DNA of 64,000 bases. It comes from an uncultured Nitrospiraceae bacterium. GTDB taxonomy: Bacteria; Nitrospirota; Nitrospiria; Nitrospirales; Nitrospiraceae. Location of the stretch: contig CAWJWJ010000002.1 in assembly GCA_963846575.1 (NCBI GenBank), forward strand, positions 1,120,001 through 1,184,000, read 5' to 3'. Below the pieces are notes generated by a model. It worked only from the letters and a program-made list of their open reading frames with translations, ran no database searches and was not told the DNA's origin. The position numbers and the translations under genes were made by a program. How positions within the stretch are numbered: position 1 is the first letter of the stretch; every line of letters begins with the position of its first letter. Below are positions 9,425-19,188 of this stretch, one piece after another.

Positions 9425-9538
9425 GGGCCGTTCCTTCCGTCGGTGTAGGGTTGGTCCGGGTCGCGGCGGCGTCGCAGCATACGTCTTTTTTCGCGGGAAG
9501 GCGAGGAGGAGTATGCTGCGAACGGCGCTCGCCAGTTG

Positions 9539-10168
9539 CTAGAGTTTCGGAATGTGCAGGGTCTTGCTGATCATCAGGCTGCCGGAGAGGACGAAGAGCA
9601 GCGATAGCGGGTGCAGGTCCCAGGGGCCCACGTTCCAGACTCCCCAGTAGAGGTGCTCGCCCAGCCGATCCTGCCAGGCGGCCGTGGCCAGCAGGCCGGT
9701 CAGCACGAACGTGGTGGGAATGGGCGTGCCTTCGAAGTAGGCCACTTTGTCGGCGCCTTCGGAGAGTTTTTCAGCGGTCACGTTGTAGCGGGCCAGGCGG
9801 CTCACCCCGCAGCAGACGAAGTAGATCAGCGCCATGCCGTCCCAGCCTCCGCGCAGGCCCGCGGCGAAGCCCAGTGCCGCCGGAGCCACCCCGAACGAGA
9901 TGATGTCCGCCAGTGAATCCAGCTCGCGGCCCAGCGTCGAATGCTGGTGCCGCCATCGCGCCACGCGGCCATCGAGCCAGTCGAGCCACAGCGCCGCCGG
10001 CGTCATGGCCGTGGCGGCGAAGAAATAGCCGGGGGATTGGCTGCTGCCCATGTAGAGCATGCTGAGGAAGACCGCCGCGACTCCGCAGGCGGCGTTGCCG
10101 AGGGTCAGCACGTCGGCCAGGTGAAACTCGCGGAGCATCGTAAAGTGTTTGGCGTGGTGCACTGACAT
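9539..10168 (-). CDS. pssA: CDP-alcohol phosphatidyltransferase (phosphatidylserine synthase-like)
   Basis: DWLDGRVAR...GRELDSLADIISFG motif; RLARYN; FEGTPIP. Confidence 0.85.
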   Translation of the reverse strand: MSVHHAKHFTMLREFHLADVLTLGNAACGVAAVFLSMLYMGSSQSPGYFFAATAMTPAALWLDWLDGRVARWRHQHSTLGRELDSLADIISFGVAPAALGFAAGLRGGWDGMALIYFVCCGVSRLARYNVTAEKLSEGADKVAYFEGTPIPTTFVLTGLLATAAWQDRLGEHLYWGVWNVGPWDLHPLSLLFVLSGSLMISKTLHIPKL

Positions 10169-10487
10169 GCTATGAAAATCTACGCGGGCATGCGGCGAAT
10201 GTCCAGCATGGTATCGGATCCGTTCCTGCCTCCGTTGAGTCTGACCCCGGCTCCGATGGTTGAACTCCCGTGAACGCGTCACTTGCGTGCGGCGCTTTAC
10301 ATCCTGGGCCGGTCGCACTACGATGCGCGGCGTCGATCCCGCCCGTCGGCCTGGCGGGTGGTTGCCGTAATCTTACTTGGAGCGTCGGCCCTATTGGTGT
10401 AGGCTCCGGTAGCCGGACCTGTTCAATTCCCCGCGATGACCGGCAGGATGATCCGGCGCACGGACAACAGCGAATCAGGAGGACTGT

Positions 10488-10745
10488 ATGCCGCCTAAGA
10501 GAAAAGTGCCACGGAAGTCAGGACGCAACCGCCCATCCGGTCAGAAACGGAAGGGCGCAGCGGCCAAAAGTGGTGAGGCGGGGATGACCCGTCGCCTGCA
10601 GGACCTGGTGGAGCGGATCGATGTCGTGCTGCCGGAAGTGGCGGCGCGCGTTGCGGCGTTGGAACATCTCCTGCTGGAGCTGAAGCTCTGCACGCAGCAG
10701 GATTTGCGTGCGGCACGAGAGTTTGTGCGCGTCCAGGAAGAGTAG
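10488..10745 (+). CDS. hypothetical protein, basic N-terminus and helical C-terminus
   Basis: AGGAGG RBS; plausible coiled helix RVAALEHLL. Confidence 0.6.
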   Translation: MPPKRKVPRKSGRNRPSGQKRKGAAAKSGEAGMTRRLQDLVERIDVVLPEVAARVAALEHLLLELKLCTQQDLRAAREFVRVQEE

Positions 10746-10785
10746 CCGGGGCCGCCGGTCGCGGCTCGATCCTCCGACCGGTCGG

Positions 10786-10974
10786 TCAGGGTTGGTGCTG
10801 TTGATGCAGGGGGTCCGGAAACAGGGTTTTGCATTCCATACAGAGGAGCTGGCCTGTGGCGGTGCCCCGGCTGTCCAGGACTGCTTCGACGAGACGTCTG
10901 TGGTCACAATGCTTTTTCGGAGCGGGGCGGGGGGTCAGCTTCTGAGGCTCCTTCGTGGGACCGACTCGTATCAT
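10786..10974 (-). CDS. small putative Zn-binding protein
   Basis: AAAGGA RBS; CDH...CMEC motif, 62 aa. Confidence 0.55.
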   Translation of the reverse strand: MIRVGPTKEPQKLTPRPAPKKHCDHRRLVEAVLDSRGTATGQLLCMECKTLFPDPLHQQHQP

Positions 10975-11271
10975 GCGGGTTCCTTTCGGTAGGCTCTGAT
11001 CTCGAAGGAGGCTCGTCAAGCCGGGTGATGAATCGCTTCTCCAGGCCGAGCCCACGAATGGAAGCATGGACTTTTGCCCTCTCCCGGTCAAGTCATCCCC
11101 GATGGTTTCGACGTTTCCCCACCGACCGGCCCCGCTTCAATACTGCCGATTCGTCTGCCGGTAATTTTTTTTGATGATCTTTCCACAGGATGGTTCGGCT
11201 ACGATTGTCATCAGCCAGGCAGGGGCTGTGACGCGTTTACTTTCTTTCCCCCGCCTCGTTAGACTGCCAGC

Positions 11272-13041
11272 ATGAATACTGAACAACCGCTGCCTCCCGT
11301 GCCGTCCGAACCGCTGTCCGCCGATCCGGTCGATCGAGTCATGGGTTACCACGTGCGCACCAAACACCATTTCCACAAGTATGCACGGTCGCTTGGATTC
11401 TTGGATTGGGCCAATCAACCCAACCCCTTCCGGCGATTCGAGGGGGCCGCGCTGGTCCGTTTGCCCTTACTCAGGGAGGATGAAGGTCCGTCATCGCCCT
11501 CCTATGAAGCGATCTACCGGCAGGGGGCCGTGCCCTCGCAGCCACTGACCATGGAAACGTTCTCGAGGTTTTTTGAATTGTCGCTCGGGCTCTCGGCGTG
11601 GAAGAGAGCCGGAGAGTCGGAGTGGGCGCTCCGCAACAATCCGTCCTCCGGCAACCTCCACCCGACGGAGGGCTACCTGCTGCTGCCTGAAGTCGAGGGG
11701 CTCGGTCTGAAGGCGGGGCTGTATCACTATGCCTCCAAGGAACATGCCCTGGAATTACGCGCGGGTTTTGCCCCGACGGATATCGCTCGCCTGTTGACCG
11801 GCTTTCCGCCGGGCGCCTGTCTCTTCGGTCTGACGTCGGTCCATTGGCGGGAGGCCTGGAAGTATGGCGAGCGGGCGTTCCGGTACTGTAACCACGATGT
11901 CGGCCATGCGATCGGGTCCGCGCGCATGGCGGCGGCCACGCTCGGCTGGCGCATGACGCTCCTGGATGGCCTTGACCAAAATACGGCGGCCATGCTGTTA
12001 GGCACGCACCGCACCGACGACTTCCGCGACGTGGAACCGGAGCATCCCGATTGCCTCGCGGTGATATGGCCGTCGGAGCAGGGAACCGGCCAGACCTTAG
12101 TCGTGAGCCACGGGACGCCGGAGCTGCCGCTGTTTCTGGATCAATCAGTCGTGAAGGATCTGGCCGCCGGGCCCTGGTATGGCAAGGCCAATGCGTTGAG
12201 CCGCGAGCACGGGGTGCATTGGGAGGTCATCGACGAAGTGGCGGAGGAGTCCTGGAAGACCACCACCGAGCAGGTCTCGGTGAAAGCGGCTCCCGGCGCG
12301 GCCGGCGTTTCCGATCGGATGACCCCGTCGCCGAAGGGCCTGGATGCCGGCAGGATTATCCGGCAGCGGCGGAGTGCCGTCTCGTTCGACGGCCGCACGT
12401 CGATTACGGCCGATACGTTCTTCCACATGCTGCAGCGCGTGATGCCGCTGGTCGAGCTGCCGCAGTTGGATCGACCGATGCCCTGGGACGTGTTGGCCTG
12501 GGAGCCGGCGATCCATTTGATGTTGTTCGTGCATCGCGTGGAGGGCATCCCGCCGGGACTCTACGTACTGGTGCGTGATCCGAACAAGCTGCCTCTGCTG
12601 CAGCAGTCGATGAATCCTGAATTGGAGTGGACGCCGGCGCCGGGCTGTCCCGCCGGCCTTCCGCTCTACTGGCTGTTTCAGGGCGATGCGCAACGGCTGG
12701 CGGCGCAAGTGAGTTGTCACCAGGGCATCGCGGGGGACAGTGCCTTTTCGTTGGGGATGCTGGCCGAGTTCGAGGGACGGTTGCGGCAGGGCGGCCCTTG
12801 GTGGTACCCACGGCTGTTTTGGGAGTCCGGTCTGGTGGGACAGGTGCTGTATCTCGAGGCCGAAGCGGCCGGCGTGCGGGGCACCGGCATCGGTTGTTTC
12901 TTCGACGATCCGGTCCATGAAATCGTGGGCATCAAGGATCTGTCCGTGCAGTCGTTATATCATTTTACGATCGGTGGACCGGTGGACGACGATCGGTTGA
13001 TGACCCTGCCGCCGTACCACCATCTGGTGCCTCGCGCATAA
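11272..13041 (+). CDS. SagB/ThcOx-family nitroreductase-like dehydrogenase, two domains
   Basis: YHVRTKH, LRNNPSSGNLHPTE, WKYGERAFRY, IIRQRRSA, GIGCFFDD. Confidence 0.88.
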   Translation: MNTEQPLPPVPSEPLSADPVDRVMGYHVRTKHHFHKYARSLGFLDWANQPNPFRRFEGAALVRLPLLREDEGPSSPSYEAIYRQGAVPSQPLTMETFSRFFELSLGLSAWKRAGESEWALRNNPSSGNLHPTEGYLLLPEVEGLGLKAGLYHYASKEHALELRAGFAPTDIARLLTGFPPGACLFGLTSVHWREAWKYGERAFRYCNHDVGHAIGSARMAAATLGWRMTLLDGLDQNTAAMLLGTHRTDDFRDVEPEHPDCLAVIWPSEQGTGQTLVVSHGTPELPLFLDQSVVKDLAAGPWYGKANALSREHGVHWEVIDEVAEESWKTTTEQVSVKAAPGAAGVSDRMTPSPKGLDAGRIIRQRRSAVSFDGRTSITADTFFHMLQRVMPLVELPQLDRPMPWDVLAWEPAIHLMLFVHRVEGIPPGLYVLVRDPNKLPLLQQSMNPELEWTPAPGCPAGLPLYWLFQGDAQRLAAQVSCHQGIAGDSAFSLGMLAEFEGRLRQGGPWWYPRLFWESGLVGQVLYLEAEAAGVRGTGIGCFFDDPVHEIVGIKDLSVQSLYHFTIGGPVDDDRLMTLPPYHHLVPRA

Positions 13042-13109
13042 CCGCCCGCGTGCGGCACCGGATCGAGCTGGCAGGAATCGCTGGGAGAATGCAAGAAGGG
13101 TAATCACGC

Positions 13110-13964
13110 ATGTTTAAGATCAAGAAGAAGATCGAGAAGCCGAAGCCGCCCATTTTGTACAACGTGATCGAGGATTATTCGGAGTTCGATGCGCCGGGGA
13201 ATGTCACGGTCTGTGCCATGACGCTCCCGGAAGACCTGGCGGCGCATGCGAAGATCCTGGCTGAAAGTTACGAGGTGCCGTTGGAGGAGATGACGGCCCT
13301 GCTCCGGGACGGCGGTATCTATGTCTACCCGCAAGTGGGTGGTGTGCTGACGCGAGGGCTCTTTGCCTGCCGGGTGGACGCGAGCGGCGCGACGCCGAAG
13401 CAGACCTGGGTACTGGACCTGATGCAGTTTGCCGAGGCCGAGCAGTGGGCCAGATCCCGCGCCTGTTCCCTGTCGGAGGCGGCCTCGGCGGTGTTCCATC
13501 GAACCCTGCCCGACGACCTCAAGAAGAAGCTGGAGCAGAAGAACCTGGGACTCGACTACCGCACGTTGGACCGCGCTGTGGCGAAGGGCGGCGACATCAA
13601 GTACATGGATTTCAGGAAAGACTGGTCGCCCCATTTCAAACGGCTCTGCATTATGCCCGATGGCCGGTTGATTGAAACGGGCGGTCTGGAGGAGTTCGCG
13701 CAGCTGCACCAGATCACCGTGCCCCAGGCGAAGCGACTCGTCGAGGAGGGCGGCACGCTGGAAGTGGGACCGGAAGTGTTGGCCTGCCAGATCGTCAACG
13801 GGCAGCCGGCGGTGGCGCGGTTCAGCGCCAAGAACTACGTGAAGGCCAAGGAACTGGTGGCGAGCAAGGGTCTCCATCTCATGGATGCGTTGAGCGAAGT
13901 GGCCTACAACGATCCGGGGATGATGCGGAGCCTTCAGCGGAAGGACCTGGGCGCCCGTACCTAG
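13110..13964 (+). CDS. hypothetical protein with internal two-fold repeat
   Basis: Long ORF with host-like codon use; repeat visible by eye. Confidence 0.75.
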   Translation: MFKIKKKIEKPKPPILYNVIEDYSEFDAPGNVTVCAMTLPEDLAAHAKILAESYEVPLEEMTALLRDGGIYVYPQVGGVLTRGLFACRVDASGATPKQTWVLDLMQFAEAEQWARSRACSLSEAASAVFHRTLPDDLKKKLEQKNLGLDYRTLDRAVAKGGDIKYMDFRKDWSPHFKRLCIMPDGRLIETGGLEEFAQLHQITVPQAKRLVEEGGTLEVGPEVLACQIVNGQPAVARFSAKNYVKAKELVASKGLHLMDALSEVAYNDPGMMRSLQRKDLGART

Positions 13965-14141
13965 CCCGGACCATTCACGAATCGCTGCTCCGGCGCCCGA
14001 TCCTCTTGCCCGGCGAGGCTTTTCTCGTTCGGCCTTCTCGACGTACTGCCAGTACGCCTGCGGCGGCCTCACTTGCGAGAAGCCTCGGCGGGCGTCGGTC
14101 TCGAACGCCTCGCGAAGGGATTCCTGAATAATCCGGGCCAG
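13961..14141. mobile_element. MITE-like palindromic element
   Basis: 20-bp terminal inverted repeats 13964-13983 / 14119-14138 (17/20), bounded by ctag / ccag, nested internal stems, no ORF. Confidence 0.7.
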
Positions 14142-14195
14142 GCTGATGGTCGAAGGTCATCCCGCTATCGCTGGTGTAGGAGGGGAGGAGAAGTC

Positions 14196-14612
14196 ATGAT
14201 CCGGAACATCCTGCTCTGTCTCATTGCCCTGATGATCGGCGGCTGCTCCGCGCACAAACCGGTCCTGTACCCGAACGATCATTTCCGCGAGGTGGGAGCG
14301 GAGGCGGCGGAGTCGGACATCGAGGCATGTATGGCAGAAGCGCGGGAGGCCGGTGCCTCGCCCAGCGAAGGAAAGACGGCCCCGGCGGCAACCGGCACGG
14401 TGGTCGGCGGGGCAGTGGGGTCGGCGGCCGGCGCGGTGGGTGGCGCGATTCTCGGACGTCCCGGACGAGGCGCCATGGTGGGGGCGGCCGGCGGCGCCAC
14501 CGGCGGATTTCTTCGCGGCCTGTTCAGGCGATCGCCGCCGAGCGGAGCCTATATGAATTACGTGAATCGCTGCCTGCACGACCGGGGGTACGATCCCGTG
14601 GGGTGGGACTGA
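14196..14612 (+). CDS. glycine-zipper lipoprotein
   Basis: GGAGA RBS, lipobox IGGC, GAVGSAAGAVGGA zipper, CLHDRGY tail. Confidence 0.85.
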   Translation: MIRNILLCLIALMIGGCSAHKPVLYPNDHFREVGAEAAESDIEACMAEAREAGASPSEGKTAPAATGTVVGGAVGSAAGAVGGAILGRPGRGAMVGAAGGATGGFLRGLFRRSPPSGAYMNYVNRCLHDRGYDPVGWD

Positions 14613-14633
14613 TCGCCCTCAGGCTTCGCCCGG

Positions 14634-15062
14634 TTATCCCTGACCAACCCGCCACTTCCGCCGCAGCATGACCCCGATCCAGGTGCCGCTCACATTGCAG
14701 ATGATATCCGACAGGGCGGCGCGGCGGTTGTGGGAATAGAGCTGATAAAGCTCGACCGCGCAGGAAAGACAGAGCCCGTACAACATGACTTTGACCGCCA
14801 GCGATCTCGTGACCGTGGGACTCCGCTGGAGATAGAGGAGCGCGAACGGCACATACAGCAGGATGTTGACGGCGATGTCGAGCCAGAATCCGGCGGTCCA
14901 TATTTCCTCGGCGGGTGGAATCCACTTGAGGAACTCCCAATGGCCGTGCGCAACGAAGTGGGTGTGATAGATGCCTGAGGCTGCGATCAGGCAGACATAG
15001 ACCATCCAGAGGAACAGCCAGACGGTCGGGGAACTGGTGCGTGAATGCGTGAGGGCTATCAA
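14634..15062 (-). CDS. VanZ-family membrane protein (start uncertain)
   Basis: DIAVNILLYVPF, VELYQLYSHNR, DIICNVSG. Confidence 0.8.
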   Translation of the reverse strand: MIALTHSRTSSPTVWLFLWMVYVCLIAASGIYHTHFVAHGHWEFLKWIPPAEEIWTAGFWLDIAVNILLYVPFALLYLQRSPTVTRSLAVKVMLYGLCLSCAVELYQLYSHNRRAALSDIICNVSGTWIGVMLRRKWRVGQG

Positions 15063-15475
15063 GGGTGTGTGGGCGTCGCCTGTCCTGATTCTTGCAGAAC
15101 CCGCTCCAGGGTTTCCAGCAGTTTCTCTTTGGCGATCGGCTTTTGCAGGTAGGCTGCGGCGCCACAGGCCAGGACTTTCGCTTCGAGGCCCGGTTTGGTC
15201 TGGCTCGTGGCGACAATGATGGGAGTCGTCTTGGTGTGCGCATTCGCGCGCAAGCGGTCCAGGACGAGCAGGCCGTTGCCGCCCGGCAAACCGAGATCGA
15301 GAAGTATCACGCGCGGTCTTTCCCGCAGGGCTATCCCCATGGCTTGAAAGGCGTCGGACGCGCTCAAACAGCAAAAGCGAGTCCCCTGCAGGAAGGCCTT
15401 GATGAGGATTTGATAGTCGGGGCTATCGTCGATGATGAGAAGACGAATTTGTGGGGCTGGTTCTGCCATAGGCAT
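15059..15475 (-). CDS. single-domain response regulator
   Basis: LLIIDD, ILLDLGLP, YLQKP. Confidence 0.9.
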   Translation of the reverse strand: MPMAEPAPQIRLLIIDDSPDYQILIKAFLQGTRFCCLSASDAFQAMGIALRERPRVILLDLGLPGGNGLLVLDRLRANAHTKTTPIIVATSQTKPGLEAKVLACGAAAYLQKPIAKEKLLETLERVLQESGQATPTHP

Positions 15476-15531
15476 AGATGCCGGGATTGCGCCAGGCGCC
15501 CGCGCCGGGATCGAGTAAGCCTGTCATACAG

Positions 15532-15897
15532 TTATTTGTGAGCAAGTTCGGTTTCGACGGCGTCCAGCATGGCCTTCAGGTCAAAAGGCTTTTCGAACGC
15601 TTGATGGGCGCCGAAGAGTTTCGCAATTTCGAGAAAGTTGCGATCGCCCTGGGCGCCGGTCATGGCAATAATTTTCGTATCGATGTATTCCCTGGTGAGC
15701 TGCAAGGTGGCTTCCAGGCCATCGACTTCCGGCATGAGCAGATCCATGATGAGCAGATCGGCTTTATCCTTCTGATAGAGGCTCAACGCTTCCCGTCCAT
15801 CCTTGGCTTCGACGACTTTGTGGCCGGCCTTTTCCAGAACCTCGCGCAGCAGGCTGCGGATGGATGCTTCGTCATCGATTACCATGATGGTCGCCAT
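15532..15897 (-). CDS. single-domain response regulator
   Basis: GAGGAG RBS; IMVIDDE, IMDLLMP, AFEKPF. Confidence 0.9.
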   Translation of the reverse strand: MATIMVIDDEASIRSLLREVLEKAGHKVVEAKDGREALSLYQKDKADLLIMDLLMPEVDGLEATLQLTREYIDTKIIAMTGAQGDRNFLEIAKLFGAHQAFEKPFDLKAMLDAVETELAHK

Positions 15898-16085
15898 AGC
15901 TACTCCTCGAAAGGGTCTATCAGGTTTGTATGAAGGCTTATGGATTGCGCAATGTCGAAGTCGACACCTACGAAGCTTACCGCCTGGCTGAAACTCTGTC
16001 CAGGAAAGAGTGAAAGCAGGGAGGCCGTAGATTGTCGTAGACCGCGACATCCTACCCTGGCCGGCCGCCAGACGCGAGCGTTATC

Positions 16086-19000
16086 TCACGTCTCGTAATC
16101 CGCCGTTCCCGGTCGTTCCCGTCCCGCCAGACGGGAATACAGGGCCGGCAGAATCAGGAGCGTCAGAATGGTCGCCGTGACGAGCCCCCCGATCACGACG
16201 GTGGCCAGGGGCCGTTGCACCTCCGCGCCCGTGCTCGTCGCCAGCGCCATGGGAAGAAATCCCAGACTGGCCACAAGCGCGGTCATGAGCACCGGCCGCA
16301 AGCGATCCATTGTGCCGTGATACAGGGCCTCATCCGTCGGCAGCCCCTCATCTTCCAGGTGACGGATGTGGCTGACCAGCACGACCGCGTTTAACACGGC
16401 AATGCCGAACAGGGCGATAAAGCCGATGATCGCGGAGATGCTGAGCGGAAGGCCCCGCAGCCACAGAGCCAGGATGCCGCCGGACAGGGCCAGTGGGACG
16501 TTGAGGAAAATCAGGAGGGCCGGGCGCATCGAGCCGAAGATCACCGACAGCACCCCGAGAATCAGGAGCAGTGTGACCGGCACGATCGCTGCCAATCGCC
16601 AAGCGGCTTCCTGCAAATGCTCATATTGTCCGCCCCAGATCAGTTCATACCCGGCCGGGAGCGTGACCGCCCGGGCCACCGCCTGCTGAGCCTCGGCGAC
16701 GAAGCCGCCCAGATCCCGCCCTCGAATATTGCATTCCACCACGATGCGTCGTTGCACATGTTCCCGGCTGATCTGCGCCGGGCCTGAATCGATCACGATC
16801 GTGGTGACGCGCGAGAGCGGCACGAGTTCACCGTGCATGGCCGGGATCAGAAGATTGCCCAGCATGCCGGGATCCCGGGAGGCGCGGTCGGTGAACCGTA
16901 CGACCAGTTCGAACCGCCGTGCGCCCTGGACCACGGTGCCCACAACCGTGCCGGCCCGGGTGGTTTGGACGAGTCTGAGGACGTCTTCGGCCGTGAGACC
17001 GTATCGCGCGATTTCTGCGCGATCGACAATGACGCGCAGGAGCGGCAATCCGGCCACCTGCTCAACCTTGACGTCCGCCGCGCCCGGTACGGCCTGAAGG
17101 GCCCGCGCGGCGCGGTCGGCCTGCTGTTTGAGCAGGTCCAGATCGGGGCCGAAGATCTTGACCGCGAGATCCGATCGCACGCCGGCAATCAGTTCATTGA
17201 AGCGCATCTCGATAGGTTGCGTGAATCCCAGGCCGACGCCCGGTACCTGCTCCAGGAGGGCATTCTTCATCACCTCGATCAGGCCGTCGCGATCTGCGGC
17301 TGTGACCCAGTCGCGTTGAGGTGTGAGGATGACGAAGACATCCGACAGTTCGACACCCATCACATCTGTCGCGACTTCCGGACTGCCGGTACGGGTGACC
17401 ACCTGGGTGACTTCCGGAAAACGGCGCAGCACCCGCTCGATCTCGAGCGCCGTGGTGACGGACTCCGTCAGCGAGATGCTGGGGAGTCGCCAGACCTGCA
17501 CCGCGAGGTCACCTTCCTCGAGACGGGGGACGAACTCGATGCCGAGCCTGGTTCCCGCCGCCAGACTGAGAGCGAAGAGGAGCAGGCTCGCCACAACGGG
17601 CCAGACCGGCCGGGCCACGGCCCATCGCAGGCAGGGGGCATAGAGGTTCCGGAGCAGGCGGAGGAGCCGCGTCTCCTCATGCTGTGGCCGGACCCGCACG
17701 AACCAGAATGACAGTAACGGGGTGACCGCGACGGCGAAGAGCAGGGATCCGGCCAGGGCCATGATGACCGTCAGGGCCATCGGTCTGAACATCTTCCCTT
17801 CGATGCCGGTCAGCGCGAGGATGGGCACGTAGACCAAAATGATAATGCCGACGGCGAGCGTCATCGGTCGCAGCACCTCCCGCCCGGCCGCGAGCACCAC
17901 TGCCAGCCGCTCCTCGCGATTGCCGGGCGGTCGGAGCGCCAGGCGGCGAAGGATATTATCGATCATCACGACGGACCCGTCGACCAGGAGGCCGAAGTCG
18001 ATGGCGCCCAGGCTCATGAGGTTGCCGGAAATATTCGCCTGCATCATGCCGGTAAAAGCGATCAACATTGAGAGAGGGATGGCCGAGGCCACGATGAGGC
18101 CGGCCCGCAGATCGCCGAGAAACAGAAAGAGTACGGCGACCACCAGCAGGCCGCCTTCGACAAGATTGTTACGCACGGTGGTCATGACGTGAGAAACGAA
18201 GCGCGTACGATCGTAGTAGGGCTCGATCGTGACGCCGGCCGGCAGGCCGGCTTGAATCTCCCGCACGCGCGTCTTGACGCGACTGACCACCTCCTGCGCA
18301 TTCTCGCCGGCGAGCATCTGCACCATGCCGATCACGGTTTCGCCCTCGCCCATGGCCGTGGCGGCGCCGATCCTGAGGGCGGAGCCCTCCGTGACCTCGG
18401 CCAGATCCTCAATGTAGACCGGAACCCCGCCAGGACCGTGCGCGACCACGATGCGGGCCAGGTCGCTCGCGCTCGTGGCCAGGGCTTCGCCCCGGATCAA
18501 AAGCTGCTCGCGCCGGTGTTCGATATACCCGCCGCCGACGATGGCGTTGTTCCGCTGCAAGGCCTCGAAGATTTGTTTCAAGGACAATCGATAGGACAGC
18601 AACTTCGAGGGGTCCACGACCACATGGAATTGTTGCGGCTCGCCTCCCCAGATGTTGACCTCGACGACGCCCGGCACCGCGCGCAGCTTCATCCCGATGT
18701 CCCATTGCAGCAGGGTTCTCAACGCCATGGGGCCATAGCCCGGGCCTTTGACGGTGAACTGATAGACCTCTCCGAGACCGGTCGTCAGGGGACCCATGAC
18801 CGGTCTGCCATACTCCTCCGGGATGCGTTCCATGGCCTGGGCCAACCGCTCCGCGACGAATTGCCTGGCGCGATAGATGTCGGTCCGTTCATCGAAAATA
18901 GCGGTGACGACGGAGAGGCCATACCGTGAGACCGACCGCAGTTCCTGCAAAGCCGGTAGGCCGTTCAGGGAGGCCTCGATCGGAAAGGTTATGAACTGCT

Positions 19001-19181
19001 CGACCTCGATCGGCCCCAGCGCCGGCGCGCGGGTGAGAATTTGCACCTGGACCGGCGTCAGGTCCGGGACAGCGTCGATTGTGAGATGGGCGAAGGACCA
19101 GAAGCCGGAGGCCATCACCAGCGCGATGGCCACCAGCGTAAAAAAACGATAATGAAGGGAGAAGGTCAGCAGGCGTTCCAT
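16086..19181 (-). CDS. czcA: CusA/CzcA-family heavy-metal RND permease
   Basis: IDAVPD, NLMSLGAIDFG, RLRPVLMTALVASLGFLPMA, GAEVQRPLATVVIGG. Confidence 0.93.
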   Translation of the reverse strand: MERLLTFSLHYRFFTLVAIALVMASGFWSFAHLTIDAVPDLTPVQVQILTRAPALGPIEVEQFITFPIEASLNGLPALQELRSVSRYGLSVVTAIFDERTDIYRARQFVAERLAQAMERIPEEYGRPVMGPLTTGLGEVYQFTVKGPGYGPMALRTLLQWDIGMKLRAVPGVVEVNIWGGEPQQFHVVVDPSKLLSYRLSLKQIFEALQRNNAIVGGGYIEHRREQLLIRGEALATSASDLARIVVAHGPGGVPVYIEDLAEVTEGSALRIGAATAMGEGETVIGMVQMLAGENAQEVVSRVKTRVREIQAGLPAGVTIEPYYDRTRFVSHVMTTVRNNLVEGGLLVVAVLFLFLGDLRAGLIVASAIPLSMLIAFTGMMQANISGNLMSLGAIDFGLLVDGSVVMIDNILRRLALRPPGNREERLAVVLAAGREVLRPMTLAVGIIILVYVPILALTGIEGKMFRPMALTVIMALAGSLLFAVAVTPLLSFWFVRVRPQHEETRLLRLLRNLYAPCLRWAVARPVWPVVASLLLFALSLAAGTRLGIEFVPRLEEGDLAVQVWRLPSISLTESVTTALEIERVLRRFPEVTQVVTRTGSPEVATDVMGVELSDVFVILTPQRDWVTAADRDGLIEVMKNALLEQVPGVGLGFTQPIEMRFNELIAGVRSDLAVKIFGPDLDLLKQQADRAARALQAVPGAADVKVEQVAGLPLLRVIVDRAEIARYGLTAEDVLRLVQTTRAGTVVGTVVQGARRFELVVRFTDRASRDPGMLGNLLIPAMHGELVPLSRVTTIVIDSGPAQISREHVQRRIVVECNIRGRDLGGFVAEAQQAVARAVTLPAGYELIWGGQYEHLQEAAWRLAAIVPVTLLLILGVLSVIFGSMRPALLIFLNVPLALSGGILALWLRGLPLSISAIIGFIALFGIAVLNAVVLVSHIRHLEDEGLPTDEALYHGTMDRLRPVLMTALVASLGFLPMALATSTGAEVQRPLATVVIGGLVTATILTLLILPALYSRLAGRERPGTADYET

Positions 19182-19188
19182 GCGAGCC

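Noticed and set aside
11272..13041. RiPP (azole-containing peptide) cluster around the SagB-like gene
   Set aside because: No YcaO, no Cys/Ser/Thr-rich precursor and no dedicated transporter nearby.
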